Below are positions 29,843-40,712 of a stretch of 59,034 nucleotides of DNA, piece after piece (the stretch's first letter is position 1; every line of letters begins with the position of its first letter). The DNA lies in NCBI GenBank assembly GCA_041493915.1, contig JBGPZT010000003.1:1-59034 (forward strand), in the 5' to 3' direction. This DNA is from Candidatus Limnocylindria bacterium. Lineage in GTDB: Bacteria; Chloroflexota; Limnocylindria; P2-11E. The notes beneath the pieces are model-generated. The model worked only from the letters and a program-made list of their open reading frames with translations. It searched no databases and was not told where the DNA came from. The position numbers were made by a program, and so were the translations under genes.

Positions 29843-30516
29843 AGGCCTGTGCGTGTCGCGAGCCGCATCCGCTCAAGCGCGTGGTGCTCACGGGCGGGCC
29901 GGGCGCCGGCAAGACTGGCGTGCTCGAGCTTATCCGCCAGTCGCTGTGCGAGCACGTAATGGTGCTGCCAGAGTCGGCAGGCATCGTCTTTGGAGGCGGC
30001 TTTCCCCGCCGAGGCGACGATCCTTGTCGCCGCGCCGCGCAACGTGCGATCTTCTATGTCCAGCGCGAGCTCGAGGCTGCCGCGGGCAGCGCGAATCCGG
30101 CCGTCGAGCTATGCGACCGCGGCACCGTGGACGGCGCCGCCTACTGGCCCGGCCCCGACACGCTCTGGTCCTCGGTCGGCACGACGCACGTGGAGCAGCT
30201 CGCGCGTTATGACTCTGTCATACATCTGCGCCCGCCCACCTCCGCCGAGGGTTATGACCAGCGCAATCCGCTGCGTAGCGAATCCGCGTCCGAGGCCGGG
30301 CGGATCGACGCGCGCGTCGCGCTCGAATGGAACGGGCACCCCCGTATCTTCGTCGTCCCCGCATCGGTTGACTTCCTGATCAAGGCAGCGCGGACGTTGG
30401 AGATCCTTCGCAACGAGCTCCCGGAATGCTGCCGCGGCCATGCGTCCATGCTTCCCGGCGAGCGGGCCCCGCACGCGGGCGCGGGCGAGTCGTACGCGAC
30501 CGAGGCGCGGTCGTGA
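29839..30516 (+). CDS. P-loop NTPase (NadR/AAA_28-like)
   Basis: VLTGGPGAGKT, LCDRGTVD. Confidence 0.8.
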   Translation: MKACACREPHPLKRVVLTGGPGAGKTGVLELIRQSLCEHVMVLPESAGIVFGGGFPRRGDDPCRRAAQRAIFYVQRELEAAAGSANPAVELCDRGTVDGAAYWPGPDTLWSSVGTTHVEQLARYDSVIHLRPPTSAEGYDQRNPLRSESASEAGRIDARVALEWNGHPRIFVVPASVDFLIKAARTLEILRNELPECCRGHASMLPGERAPHAGAGESYATEARS

Positions 30517-30674
30517 TTGGCGTCCCGTCGCGTCACTCGCCACGAACCTCGCAGGCGCAGCGTCCGCTCACTGCCGACCGTGTCGCAAAGCGGCTGAAGC
30601 TCGCGGAGCTCAGGCTGGTACTCCACGCCTGGGGCATGGGCGACAAGCATTCGTTCGAGGCGCGGGGGACGCAG

Positions 30675-30767
30675 ATGTGGTGGTCGGTCGCGCTGTACTG
30701 GATCTGCTGGCTCGCGCTTGCCGGTCTCGCCCTCTACGCGATCGCGCGCGCACTGAACGGAGGCTAG
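30675..30767 (+). CDS. 30-aa single-TM peptide
   Basis: GGGGGA RBS; stop 2 nt before the next ATG. Confidence 0.45.
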   Translation: MWWSVALYWICWLALAGLALYAIARALNGG

Positions 30768-30769
30768 GC

Positions 30770-31219
30770 ATGTTGTTGCGCAGGCTCGCGATCACTCTCG
30801 CGCTCACGCTGCTCACCGCGGCTTGCGCCGCGCCGGTCGCATCGGCGCCCGCCTCCTCGTCGGCGGCGGCCGCGAAGAGCGACTCGGATCTGGGCGAGCA
30901 GACCAGTGAAGCCGCGGCCGTGGCGATCGTCGTGAGCTGGCTCGGCGCCGATGTGCCCTCCGCGCGCGTCGTGATGGACACGCATTCGGTCGATCTCGAC
31001 GGCTTCGACCTCAAGGAGCTCGCGCGCCTGCGCCTGGACGGTGGCACGTGGGTGGCGCCCAGTCTGTGGGACGCGCCCAAGGGCGGCCACCACCGCACCG
31101 GCATGCTCACCTTCGCCTCGCTCAGCCGCGCCAATTTCGACGCGGCGAAGGTCGTCGAGCTCGAGGTCCGCGACGTTGCCCTTCCCTCCCGGCTGCTGCG
31201 ATGGGAGCGCGCGCGATGA
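30770..31219 (+). CDS. Lipoprotein with THSVDL/GGHH motifs
   Basis: Lipobox LTAAC; GGAGG RBS. Confidence 0.8.
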   Translation: MLLRRLAITLALTLLTAACAAPVASAPASSSAAAAKSDSDLGEQTSEAAAVAIVVSWLGADVPSARVVMDTHSVDLDGFDLKELARLRLDGGTWVAPSLWDAPKGGHHRTGMLTFASLSRANFDAAKVVELEVRDVALPSRLLRWERAR

Positions 31220-31692
31220 CGCGTCGCATCGCGCTCTCCATCGCAGCCGGCTTCGCGGGCGCGCTCGCGCTCGTCGGCTTCTACCTCGCGATCGTCACCT
31301 GGGCACAGGGTCCCCAGCACGCGCTCGAGCTCCTCTGGAGCGATCGCCTCTTCGTCGGGCTCATCAGCGCTGGGTTCGGCACCCAGGTCGGGCTCTTCGT
31401 GTATCTGCGTCTCTTACAGCGCGCGATGGCGCGTGAGTCCGTCGCGCTTGCCGGGGCGGGCACGGCGACCTCGAGCGTGTCGATGATCGCGTGCTGCGCG
31501 CATCACCTCGCCGACGTGCTCCCGATCGTCGGTCTCTCGGGCCTCGCGCTGTTCCTGGTGGAGTTCCGCACCCCGCTCATGCTGCTCGGCATCGCGACGA
31601 ATCTCGTTGGCATCGCCATCATGCTCCGCCAGCTGCGGCGGATCCACGGCGGCTACCATTTCGTTTCCCGACGCGGCGCTATGGCGGTCTAG
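31216..31692 (+). CDS. Membrane protein with MIACCAHH motif
   Basis: Overlapping ATGA start; about 4 TM. Confidence 0.8.
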   Translation: MTRRIALSIAAGFAGALALVGFYLAIVTWAQGPQHALELLWSDRLFVGLISAGFGTQVGLFVYLRLLQRAMARESVALAGAGTATSSVSMIACCAHHLADVLPIVGLSGLALFLVEFRTPLMLLGIATNLVGIAIMLRQLRRIHGGYHFVSRRGAMAV

Positions 31693-31693
31693 G

Positions 31694-31906
31694 ATGCTCC
31701 AAGTCGGGACGTATCGGACCGTCCGGGGTGAGCTCCTGCATTACCGCATTGACGCGGCGGGAAGACCGTGTTGCGAGGTCGAGCGCATCGACGGCTCGTT
31801 GCGCGAGGGCTGTGAGATCCGCGACGCCGACGTGCTCCTGTCCGACGATCCCACCTGGCCGTGGCGCGATGCCGAACCGATCCCTTCGCTCGTGGTCATC
31901 GATTGA
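31694..31906 (+). CDS. Small hypothetical protein
   Basis: Operon-spaced ATG; 70 aa. Confidence 0.55.
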   Translation: MLQVGTYRTVRGELLHYRIDAAGRPCCEVERIDGSLREGCEIRDADVLLSDDPTWPWRDAEPIPSLVVID

Positions 31907-31938
31907 GCGGCACCGCGTCGAAGGACGTGCGGCGTACG

Positions 31939-32757
31939 ATGGTCGATCGCATGGGTGGCCTGGCCGGGCTCACAACGATCGTGCTGCTGCGGCCACGCTG
32001 GGACGACTGTGATGCCAACGGACACCTAAACAACGCGATGTATCTCGCGCTCGTGCGTAGCGCCACCGACGAGGGCCTCGTCGCGCTCGGCGCTCCCGAT
32101 TGGCTCGCGGGCGCCCGGCTCGCTGAAATGGAGCTCGCGTATCGCGAGCCGGTACGGGCCGGGGACGAGATGGGCGTCCGGCTTCAGGTTCGAGCGGCGG
32201 ACGCCGATGCGCTCGTCCTCACGTACGAATTCGCGGTATCGGCTCGCATCTGCGCTCATGCGACGGCGCGCTGGGCCCGCATCGGAGCACCCCGGCCCGC
32301 CACCCTCGAGGACCATGGCGGCGATGCACGCGGCGAACCGTTCGTCATGCGTCACCGCGTGCGCAGCTACGAGATCGGCGCGGATGGCGAGGCGAGGCCC
32401 GCGGTGATCCTCCAGTGGTTCGAGCACGCGATCTTCCAGGCCGCCGAAGCCGTGGGCTGGACGCGGAAGCGGATGCGTGAGGCCGACTTCGTCACGCTCC
32501 AGGTCGGGCACCACCTCGTGCTCGGCGCGCCCGCGCGGGAGGGCGACGAGCTTCGGATCGAGAGCCGGCTCGACGAGGTCCGGCGTGTCTCGGGAGTCTG
32601 GCGTCACGAGATCCGCCGGGCCGACGGCGAGATCGTCGCCGTCGACTACTCACGGGGCGCGTTCCTCGATTCTCAGGGGCTCATCCGACCCGCGCCGGAA
32701 GGGATGCTCGGAGCGCTTCTCGCCGGACCCGCTGCGATCGCGAGCGCCGTCCCGTGA
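31939..32757 (+). CDS. Double hot-dog acyl-thioesterase
   Basis: [16 protein letters not shown]; second domain RVRSYEI. Confidence 0.8.
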   Translation: MVDRMGGLAGLTTIVLLRPRWDDCDANGHLNNAMYLALVRSATDEGLVALGAPDWLAGARLAEMELAYREPVRAGDEMGVRLQVRAADADALVLTYEFAVSARICAHATARWARIGAPRPATLEDHGGDARGEPFVMRHRVRSYEIGADGEARPAVILQWFEHAIFQAAEAVGWTRKRMREADFVTLQVGHHLVLGAPAREGDELRIESRLDEVRRVSGVWRHEIRRADGEIVAVDYSRGAFLDSQGLIRPAPEGMLGALLAGPAAIASAVP

Positions 32758-35150
32758 CCGAGACCGTCTTCGAGGCTGCCGGCCTGCTGCGTGGTAGCAG
32801 TGCGGCCGCGCTGCAGCGACATCTGCTCCGTCAGCCCGCGATCCACCATGTCGAGGCGAACGCGGTGAGCCAGGTGGTGACCGTCGGGTACGACGAAGCG
32901 CGGATCACGCCCGAGCGTATCCGTCAGCTCATCGCCGACTTCGGCTGCCGCTGCGGCGGAGAGATCGTGCCCGGGCATCTCTGCCCGGACGAGCGAGTGG
33001 CGGTCGTCGGGAGCGCCGTAGCGCAAGCCAGGCATGCGGTGGACGGCGAGCACGCGATGCCTGCCATGGCCGAGCACGCGGGTCACGCGACCGCGATGCC
33101 CAGCAGCGAGATGGCGCAGATGGCGCACGCGATGGGCCACGGCGGCGGCATGTCGATGGACGAGATCGTCCGCGACATGCGGAACCGCTTCCTCGTCGCG
33201 CTCGTGCTCGCGGTCCCGGTGTTCGCGTACTCGCCGCTCGCCACCGAAGTCTTCGGCCTCCGCCTGCCGACGCCCTTCGGCATCTCGAACGCCCTTCTCC
33301 TCTTTATCCTTTCGACCCCCGCGGTCTTCTGGAGCGGTCAGATCTTCTTCGTCGGCGCGTACCGGGCGCTGCGCAACCGCACGCTCGATATGTCCGTGCT
33401 CGTCGCGCTCTCGGTAGGCAGCGGGTACCTCTTCAGTGTCGCCGCGACGTTCCTCTTCGAGGGCGAGGTCTTCTACGAGGCCTCGGTCGTGCTCCTCGCC
33501 TTCGTCCTTTTCGGTCACTGGCTCGAGATGCGCGCCCGCGCGGGAGCATCGGACGCCATTCGCGCGCTCCTGGACCTCGCGCCGCCGAAGGCGACCGTGA
33601 TCCGGAGCGGCCAGCCGCTGGAGGTGTCCACCTCCGAGGTCGTCGCAGGGGACATCGTGCTCATCCGGCCAGGCGACAAGATCCCCGTGGACGGCGAGGT
33701 GATCGAGGGCAGCTCGACCGTGGACGAGTCCATGGTCACAGGCGAGAGCGTGCCGCTCGAGAAGAGCGTCGGGTCGAAGGTCATCGGCGCGACCATCAAC
33801 CGGACCGGGTCGTTCCGCTTCAAAGCGACGAAGGTCGGCGCGGACACCGCCCTCGCGCAGATCGTTCGCCTCGTGCAGATCGCACAGAACTCCAAGGCGC
33901 CTGCGCAGCGCTTGGCCGACCGCGCCGCGCAGTGGCTCGTCGCCGCAGCCGTCGTCTTCGGCCTGCTCACGTTCGCGGGCTGGTACTGGCTCGCGGGCGC
34001 GACCTTCGTGTTCGCGCTCACGCTCGCGATCACCGTCGTCATCATCGCCTGCCCCGATGCGCTGGGGCTCGCGACGCCGACGGCGATCATGGTCGGCACC
34101 GGCCTCGGCGCGCTCAACGGCATCCTGTTCAAGAACGCGACCGCGCTCGAGCAGGCCTCCAAAGTGGGCGCCGTTATCTTCGACAAGACGGGAACGCTCA
34201 CCGTCGGTCAGCCGCGCGTCGTTGAAGTCGTCGCCGCCGGCAATCCCGTCTCCGAGAGCGAACTGTTGCGTCTCGTCGCGTCAGCCGAATCGTCGAGCGA
34301 GCATCCCCTCGCGCTTGCCGTGATCGTGGCCGCCAAAGAGAAGGGAGTCGACGTGCGGGGATCCGCGAGCTTCGAGGCAATTCCCGGCCTGGGCCTCCTG
34401 GCGCAGGTCGACGGCCGCACCGTCCTCGTCGGGAACCGCAAGCTCATGCGCGACCGCGGCATCGCGCTCGACGGCCTCGGCGGCCGGGCCGCCGCGCTCG
34501 AGGGCGCCGGCCGCACGGTCGTGTATGCGGCGGTCGACGGTGCGGCCGCGGGCATCATCGCGATCGCCGACGCGGTGCGGCCGTCGGCGAAGGAGGCGAT
34601 CGCGCGCTTGCGTGCGCTCGGCATCCAGGTCGCGATGCTCACCGGCGACAACCGCGCCACGGCCGAACGCATCGCTGGTGAGCTCGGCCTCGACACCGTC
34701 TTCGCCGAGGTCCTCCCGGGTGACAAGGCTGCGAAGGTCAAGGAGCTCCAGGCGTCGGGGAAGCTCGTCGCGATGGTCGGTGACGGCATCAACGACGCGC
34801 CCGCGCTCGCGCAGGCCGACGTTGGTATCGCGATCGGCGCCGGGACGGATGTAGCGATGGAGACCGCGGACGTGGTGCTGATGAAGAGCGATCCACTTGA
34901 CGTGCTGGGGGCGATCGCGCTCAGCCGCGCCACAGTGCGGAAGATGCGCCAGAACCTCTTCTGGGCGGTCGGCTACAACACCATCGCGTTCCCGATCGCG
35001 GCCGGAGTCTTCTACCCGTCGCTCGGCCTGGTCCTTCGTCCGGAGATCGCGGCGCTGTCCATGGCGGGGAGCTCGTTCCTCGTGGCGGTGAACGCGCTGT
35101 TGCTCAAACGCACGAAGCTCGAAGGGATCCGCCGCTATGGCGCGCAGTAG
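32754..35150 (+). CDS. Heavy-metal (copper) P1B ATPase, CPD variant with His/Met-rich N-terminus
   Basis: [32 protein letters not shown]. Confidence 0.9.
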   Translation: MTETVFEAAGLLRGSSAAALQRHLLRQPAIHHVEANAVSQVVTVGYDEARITPERIRQLIADFGCRCGGEIVPGHLCPDERVAVVGSAVAQARHAVDGEHAMPAMAEHAGHATAMPSSEMAQMAHAMGHGGGMSMDEIVRDMRNRFLVALVLAVPVFAYSPLATEVFGLRLPTPFGISNALLLFILSTPAVFWSGQIFFVGAYRALRNRTLDMSVLVALSVGSGYLFSVAATFLFEGEVFYEASVVLLAFVLFGHWLEMRARAGASDAIRALLDLAPPKATVIRSGQPLEVSTSEVVAGDIVLIRPGDKIPVDGEVIEGSSTVDESMVTGESVPLEKSVGSKVIGATINRTGSFRFKATKVGADTALAQIVRLVQIAQNSKAPAQRLADRAAQWLVAAAVVFGLLTFAGWYWLAGATFVFALTLAITVVIIACPDALGLATPTAIMVGTGLGALNGILFKNATALEQASKVGAVIFDKTGTLTVGQPRVVEVVAAGNPVSESELLRLVASAESSSEHPLALAVIVAAKEKGVDVRGSASFEAIPGLGLLAQVDGRTVLVGNRKLMRDRGIALDGLGGRAAALEGAGRTVVYAAVDGAAAGIIAIADAVRPSAKEAIARLRALGIQVAMLTGDNRATAERIAGELGLDTVFAEVLPGDKAAKVKELQASGKLVAMVGDGINDAPALAQADVGIAIGAGTDVAMETADVVLMKSDPLDVLGAIALSRATVRKMRQNLFWAVGYNTIAFPIAAGVFYPSLGLVLRPEIAALSMAGSSFLVAVNALLLKRTKLEGIRRYGAQ

Positions 35151-36336
35151 CGCGCTCGCCGGAGTCGCGCGGCCGAGCCGCGAGTCGCTCGCGCGCGGAG
35201 TTCTCGCCCTCCTCGTGCGCGCACTGCCCACGGACTCCGGCGTCGAGCTGGCGCTCGCGGGCGACCGGCCGACGAGAGACACGCTGGCCCGCCTCGTCTT
35301 CTCGTCGCCCGGCGCGCTTGGCCGCGCGCTCTGGCCGCCGACGCCGGATGCGATGGGCGACGCGTACCTGCGCGGCGACTTCGACATCGAGGGCGACATC
35401 GCCGCGCTGGCCCGCGCCGGAACGCCCTTCGATCTCGGCCGGCTCGCGTGGAGCGAGCGTGCTGCGCTGCTACGCGATGTCTTGCGGCTGCGGAGGGACG
35501 CGGGCGCGGCGACAGCGCTGACGCGCTGCGCGCGCCTGCGCGGACGCCGCCACTCTGTCGCGCGCGACCGCACCGCGGTGCGCTTCCATTACGACGTGGG
35601 GAACGCCTTCTACACGCTGTGGCTCGATCGACGTATGACGTACTCCTGCGCCTACTTTGGCTCGCCCGAGACCGAACTCGCCGACGCGCAGGAGGCCAAG
35701 CTCGACCTCGTCTGCCGCAAGCTCGCGCTTCGTCCGGGACAGCGGCTCCTCGACATCGGCTGCGGCTGGGGCTCGCTCATCGTCTATGCGGCGCAGCGTT
35801 ACGGCGTCGAGGCGGTGGGCGTCACACTCAGCGACAAGCAGGCGCGCGAGGCCGATGCGCAGGCGCGCGAGGCCCGCGTCGCCGACCGCGTGCGTGCGTT
35901 CGTACTCGATTACCGCGAGCTCGCGCGGCTCGGCTCCTTCGACGCCGTCGCGTCGATCGGCATGTTCGAGCACGTGGGGAGTGAGAAGCTCCGCGACTAC
36001 TTCGCCGCCTCCTACCGCGCGCTCCGCCCCGGCGGCCTCTTCCTGAATCACGGCATCGCCGCCGTGGAGCGATCACGAGGGCCCCTGCCCAGGGTCCGTC
36101 TCAGCGTCGATTTCGTCGGCAGGCACGTGTTTCCCGACGGCGAGCTCGTGACGATCGCCGAAGCGACGGATCAAGCGCGCAGCTCAGGGTTTGCGGTGGT
36201 GTACCGAACGTGGCGCCTATACATGGCGGGAGCGCGCGTGGGTTTCGAGCGTGGCGAGCGTGACGTGGCGCAGATGCTTCTGGAGCGACCCTCTGCGTGC
36301 GCACTGGCCTCGCGTCCGCTTCTGCCGTGGTGGTGA
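35137..36336 (+). CDS. cfa: Cyclopropane fatty acyl phospholipid synthase-like methyltransferase, probable internal deletion
   Basis: [31 protein letters not shown]; E..HY..TL segment absent. Confidence 0.75.
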   Translation: MARSSALAGVARPSRESLARGVLALLVRALPTDSGVELALAGDRPTRDTLARLVFSSPGALGRALWPPTPDAMGDAYLRGDFDIEGDIAALARAGTPFDLGRLAWSERAALLRDVLRLRRDAGAATALTRCARLRGRRHSVARDRTAVRFHYDVGNAFYTLWLDRRMTYSCAYFGSPETELADAQEAKLDLVCRKLALRPGQRLLDIGCGWGSLIVYAAQRYGVEAVGVTLSDKQAREADAQAREARVADRVRAFVLDYRELARLGSFDAVASIGMFEHVGSEKLRDYFAASYRALRPGGLFLNHGIAAVERSRGPLPRVRLSVDFVGRHVFPDGELVTIAEATDQARSSGFAVVYRTWRLYMAGARVGFERGERDVAQMLLERPSACALASRPLLPWW

Positions 36337-36349
36337 GGCTCGCTTCGCG

Positions 36350-36562
36350 ATGACGTTCAACTTCGACGTGGGCAGCCTTCTTCTCGGTGTCGCGGTCGTG
36401 CTGCTCGTGTTCCTCGTGATCGACCTGTTGGTCGCCGGCGGCGGCATGAGCATGGGGATGATGGGCGGCGTCGCGGGCATGATGGCCACGCCCTGGGGCT
36501 GGCTGCTACTCCTGCTAGTCGTCCTCGTCGTGTTTCTCGTCGCCACCGCCGCGGGCCGCTAG
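36350..36562 (+). CDS. Small 2-TM protein with Met-rich loop
   Basis: GGGMSMGMMGGVAGMM between hydrophobic helices. Confidence 0.65.
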   Translation: MTFNFDVGSLLLGVAVVLLVFLVIDLLVAGGGMSMGMMGGVAGMMATPWGWLLLLLVVLVVFLVATAAGR

Positions 36563-36569
36563 AGACGGC

Positions 36570-38267
36570 GTGACCGCGCCGCTGGCCGCTTACTTCTCCA
36601 TGGAGCTCGCGCTCGAAAGCACGATCCCGACGTACGCCGGCGGCCTCGGCGTGCTCGCGGGTGACACCATCCGCGCGGCCGCCGACCTGGCGGTGCCGCT
36701 CGTCGCCGTGACGCTGGCGCACCGGAAGGGCTACTTCCGGCAGCAGCTCGCCTCCGATGGAACGCAGCGCGAGTCCGCCGCCGAATGGTCGCCCGACACC
36801 GAGCTCGAGGCGCTACCCCAGCGTGTCGCAATTACGCTCGAGGGGCGGGTGGTGCGCGTGCGGGCGTGGCGCAGGACCGTGACCGGCATCGGTGGAGGTG
36901 GGGTCCCGGTCTACTTTCTTGACACCGCGCTGGCGGAGAACGCGCCGGCCGACCGTGCCATCACCGACGCGCTGTATGGCGGCGACGAGCGGTACCGACT
37001 CAAGCAAGAGGCTGTCCTTGGGTTCGGCGGAGTCGCCCTGATTCGCGCGCTGTACCCAGAGCCGCCGCGCGTCTACCACATGAACGAGGGTCATGCCGCG
37101 TTCCTTACGCTCGCGTTGCTCGCGGAGGAGGCGACCGGTGGCGATCTGCGCATCATCGGCGAGGCCGAGCGCGAGCGGGTCCGCGAGCTCTGCGTCTTCA
37201 CGACTCACACGCCGGTGCCGGCCGGGCATGACCGGTTCCCGCTGGCGCTCGTGCGGGAGGTCATCGGGGACGAACTCGCGCGAGCCATCGAAGCGAGCGG
37301 CGTCGCCGGCGACGGCGTACTCAACATGACCGACCTCGCTCTGCGCTTCTCGCGTTACGTGAATGGCGTGGCGCTCCGCCACGGTGAGGTCGCTGCCGAC
37401 ATGTTCCCGCGCTACCCCGTAAGCGCGATCACCAACGGCGTGCACGCGACGACCTGGACCTCGCCCGCGATGGCGGCGCTACACGACCGTCACATCCCGC
37501 AGTGGAGGCGCGACAACCGCTACCTGCGTTATGCGATCAAGTGCTCGCTCGAGGAGATCCGGGACGCGCACGCGCGTGCGAAGGCCGAGCTCTTCGAAGA
37601 GGTCGCGCGCCGGACGGGCCGCACGCTCGACCCGGCCGCGTTCACCATCGGCTTCGCGCGGCGCGCCGCGGCGTACAAACGTGCGGCCCTCGTCTTCTCC
37701 GACCTCGAGCGATTGCGCGCCATCGCGCGCGGAGCCGGACCGGTCGCCGTCGTCTTTGCGGGAAAGGCCCACCCTCGCGACGAGGCGGGGAAGGAGCTCA
37801 TCCGACGCGTTGTCGCCGCGGGCGCCGCGCTAGGCACGGACCTGCCGGTCGTATACCTCGAGGACTACGACATGGCCTTGGCGAAGCTGATCTGCGGGGG
37901 CGTGGATCTTTGGCTCAACACGCCGCGCAAGCCGCTGGAGGCGTCCGGCACCAGCGGAATGAAGGCGGCGCTCAACGGTGTGCCCAGCCTCTCCGTGCTC
38001 GATGGGTGGTGGATCGAAGGGCACATCGAGGGCGTCACCGGGTGGAGCATCGGAGACGACTCGCGGGAGAGCGACGACGCGCTGGAAGCCAACACGCTGT
38101 ACGACAAGCTCGAGCGCGTCATCCTTCCGCTCTTCCGGCGGCCGCTCGCATATGCCGAAGTGATGCGGGCGGCCATCGCGCTCAACGGATCTTTCTTCAA
38201 CGCCCAGCGCATGGTCTCTCAGTACGTGGAGAACGCCTACTCGACTTCCCGCTCGTCACCCGCCTGA
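36570..38267 (+). CDS. glgP: Alpha-glucan phosphorylase (compact form)
   Basis: AYFSME, GGLGVLAGD, HMNEGH, EASGTSGMK PLP site. Confidence 0.9.
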   Translation: MTAPLAAYFSMELALESTIPTYAGGLGVLAGDTIRAAADLAVPLVAVTLAHRKGYFRQQLASDGTQRESAAEWSPDTELEALPQRVAITLEGRVVRVRAWRRTVTGIGGGGVPVYFLDTALAENAPADRAITDALYGGDERYRLKQEAVLGFGGVALIRALYPEPPRVYHMNEGHAAFLTLALLAEEATGGDLRIIGEAERERVRELCVFTTHTPVPAGHDRFPLALVREVIGDELARAIEASGVAGDGVLNMTDLALRFSRYVNGVALRHGEVAADMFPRYPVSAITNGVHATTWTSPAMAALHDRHIPQWRRDNRYLRYAIKCSLEEIRDAHARAKAELFEEVARRTGRTLDPAAFTIGFARRAAAYKRAALVFSDLERLRAIARGAGPVAVVFAGKAHPRDEAGKELIRRVVAAGAALGTDLPVVYLEDYDMALAKLICGGVDLWLNTPRKPLEASGTSGMKAALNGVPSLSVLDGWWIEGHIEGVTGWSIGDDSRESDDALEANTLYDKLERVILPLFRRPLAYAEVMRAAIALNGSFFNAQRMVSQYVENAYSTSRSSPA

Positions 38268-39169
38268 TGTCGGCTCCGGCGCGCCGTACCGTCGCGGCCC
38301 TGGGGGTCGCGGCCATCTACGCGGTGTGCTTCGTCGCGATCAAGGCCGGTCTCGCGTTCGCGCCCCCGCTGTTCTTCGCCGGGCTGCGCGCCGAGATCGC
38401 GGCCGCAGCGCTACTTGCGGTCGTCGTCCTCTTACGACGCCCGGTACTCCCCGCCGTCACCGGTTGGGCCGGGCTCGTCGCGCTCGCTCTCACTTCAACG
38501 TCGCTCGGATTCGGAGCGATGTTCCTCAGTCCGGTCCGCACTGGCGCGGGGATCGCCTCGGTGCTTGGCAACGTCCAGCCCCTCTTCGTGCTCGTTCTCG
38601 CCGCCGTCTTGCTCGGTGAGTTGTTGACGCGGGCAAAGGTGATCGCGCTCGTCCTTGGCCTTGCCGGCGTGACGCTGATCTCACTCCCAGCGATCGCGGG
38701 CGCCGATGCCTCCGGCATCTCTGGACTGCTGCTCGCGCTGGGATCCTCGGCCAGCCTCGGGGTCGGAAACGTGATTTTGAAGAAGATCGGCACCCGCCAC
38801 GACCTCCTCACGATGACCGCGTGGCAGCTCGCGCTCGGAGGCCTGCCGCTGCTTGCGCTCGCACTAGTCGTCGAGCGCGGTGCCGAAGTGGCATGGACCG
38901 GCACGTTCGTCGCGCTGCTGCTCGTCCTCGCGCTCGCCGGCACGGCCTTGCCTTACGTCGCGTGGAATCACCTCGCGAGATACGAGGAGATCGGACGGCT
39001 CACGCTCTACCTGTTCCTCGTCCCGGTGCTCGGCGTCGCGCTCGCAATACTGCTCTTCAGCGAGCCTTTTGGGTCATCCGAGCTCGCGGGCCTCGGCGCG
39101 ATCGCCGCCGCAGTGGCTATCGCCTCGACCCGCCCTTCGCCCGGCGTGCGGCTCGCCCGGGTGTCGTAG
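38267..39169 (+). CDS. DMT/EamA family transporter
   Basis: About 10 TM in two repeats; QPLFV..LA...LGE. Confidence 0.85.
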   Translation: MSAPARRTVAALGVAAIYAVCFVAIKAGLAFAPPLFFAGLRAEIAAAALLAVVVLLRRPVLPAVTGWAGLVALALTSTSLGFGAMFLSPVRTGAGIASVLGNVQPLFVLVLAAVLLGELLTRAKVIALVLGLAGVTLISLPAIAGADASGISGLLLALGSSASLGVGNVILKKIGTRHDLLTMTAWQLALGGLPLLALALVVERGAEVAWTGTFVALLLVLALAGTALPYVAWNHLARYEEIGRLTLYLFLVPVLGVALAILLFSEPFGSSELAGLGAIAAAVAIASTRPSPGVRLARVS

Positions 39170-39430
39170 CCTCACGGGGATGCCGGACTACAACCTGTTG
39201 AGCTTGCGCATGGTGTTGTCGATCGCGGAGATGTGATCGGCGTCGAACGCATGCCGGGGGCCAGACGCGTAGGCGAGCCCGCCGAGTCCGATGAGGCCGG
39301 ATCGTCGCGGCCGGCACGCCCTCGGAATGTCAAAGGGGCGCGGAGAGTGAAATGGTCGGCCTGCGACTTGCCGACCGAGGCTCCCGCGCCCCTTTCGCTA
39401 GCGACCTCCGGAGGCGTGTCAGGGGCTGCC

Positions 39431-39718
39431 CTAGCGGCGTACTTCGGCCATACGGCCGGCAGCCTCTTCTCGTGGCAGGGCGAGGCGCGTGAGCACGACG
39501 AGCAGGGCGCCGCCGTAGAGCGCGTACAGCGCGAGCTCGATCGAGCCGAGGATCCAGCTCCCCAAGGAGAGGCCGGATACGCCCGGTAGCCACGGCTCCC
39601 ACGCGCGGTACATCGCGAGACCGGAGAAGATGCCGTCGGCCGCGAGACAGATCGCGTAGCTCACCACCAGGAAACCGCCGACGATGAAGGCCACGGGCCA
39701 GAAGCGCAGCTGATGCAC
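39431..39718 (-). CDS. DUF5676-like small membrane protein
   Basis: SYAIC...MYRAW..WLPG...LG.IE. Confidence 0.65.
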   Translation of the reverse strand: MHQLRFWPVAFIVGGFLVVSYAICLAADGIFSGLAMYRAWEPWLPGVSGLSLGSWILGSIELALYALYGGALLVVLTRLALPREEAAGRMAEVRR

Positions 39719-39757
39719 CGTGCCATCTCTTTTCCCTTCCCACAGTGCGCGTGCTCA

Positions 39758-39796
39758 CTGAGAGCGTTCTGAGGCGACGCGGTATCCGACCTGAGA
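39758..39796 (-). promoter_or_regulatory. MprA-box-like array
   Basis: Minus strand TCTCAG,(ATACCG),CCTCAG,TCTCAG at 11-bp period. Confidence 0.65.
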
Positions 39797-39807
39797 ATCG
39801 CGAGGCG

Positions 39808-39957
39808 CTACGCCGCCTGCGCTGCCTGCACGCGCGCCATCACACCTTTGATCAGGCGCACCGTCTCGGCCTCGTCGTGCCCGAACTCTTCGAGGTACGC
39901 CTCGAGGGCCTGGCCCACGACGCGCAGCTCCTGCTCACTGAGCTCAAGGGCATACAC
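39808..39957 (-). CDS. 49-aa helical protein missed by the ORF track
   Basis: GGAGGAGG RBS, GTG start; MYALELSEQELRVVGQALEAYLEEFGHDEAETVRLIKGVMARVQAAQAA. Confidence 0.65.
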   Translation of the reverse strand: MYALELSEQELRVVGQALEAYLEEFGHDEAETVRLIKGVMARVQAAQAA

Positions 39958-39973
39958 CGCGCACACCTCCTCC

Positions 39974-40624
39974 CTAGCGCTGGCTCAACGCCACCTTCAG
40001 CCCAGCGAGTTTCGGGATGAAGCGCGGCGTTTGGGCCGCGAAGGTGTCCCACTGCTGTCCGTACGCAGCACGGACCTCACGCTCCTCGGCGATCGCGAGT
40101 CGCCGGTAGGCGAGGACGAGAACGGGGAACATGAGCAGAGTGGGGATCGTCGGCCACTGGACCAGGAACCCGATCATGATCAGCAGGAAGCCGGCGTACT
40201 GTGGGTGCCGGATCCGCGCGTAGGGTCCGGTAAGGGCGAGATGGCCGTCCCGCTGTGCTTGCCAGAGCACGTTCCAGGCGGCCGAGATGAGCCAGAAGCC
40301 GCCGCCGATGAAGGCGTAGCTCGCGATGTGGAAGGGGCTCAGGTGCGGGTCGGCCGTCCAGCCGATGAGATCGTTCCAGAGGTGGCCGCCGCCGTGCGTC
40401 AGCGTGAGCGCGGGGAAGCGGCTCCCGAGCCAGCCGGAGAGCAGGTAGATCGTGAGCGGAAACCCGTACATCTCAGTGAAGAGCGCCACCACGAACGCGG
40501 AGAAGACGCCCATCGCGCGCCAGTCGCGCGGGGATTTCGGCTTGAGGAAGCTGCGCGCGAGCATGATGAAGAAGGCCGAGTTGATGACGACCAGGATCCA
40601 GAGGCCATACCCGTAGTCATCCAT
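39974..40624 (-). CDS. Isoprenylcysteine carboxylmethyltransferase family membrane protein
   Basis: ALFTEMYGFPLT, GPYARIRHPQY. Confidence 0.88.
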   Translation of the reverse strand: MDDYGYGLWILVVINSAFFIMLARSFLKPKSPRDWRAMGVFSAFVVALFTEMYGFPLTIYLLSGWLGSRFPALTLTHGGGHLWNDLIGWTADPHLSPFHIASYAFIGGGFWLISAAWNVLWQAQRDGHLALTGPYARIRHPQYAGFLLIMIGFLVQWPTIPTLLMFPVLVLAYRRLAIAEEREVRAAYGQQWDTFAAQTPRFIPKLAGLKVALSQR

Positions 40625-40647
40625 ATGCTTTCTTGTACCGTCGCGCG

Positions 40648-40686
40648 CTGAGCGCTCCCTGTGAGGGGGCTGAGCGCGCTCTGAGT
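40648..40686 (-). promoter_or_regulatory. MprA-box-like array
   Basis: Minus strand ACTCAG,GCTCAG,TCACAG,GCTCAG at 11-bp period. Confidence 0.7.
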
Positions 40687-40712
40687 CTTCCTCCGACCCG
40701 GCGAGCTGTGGT

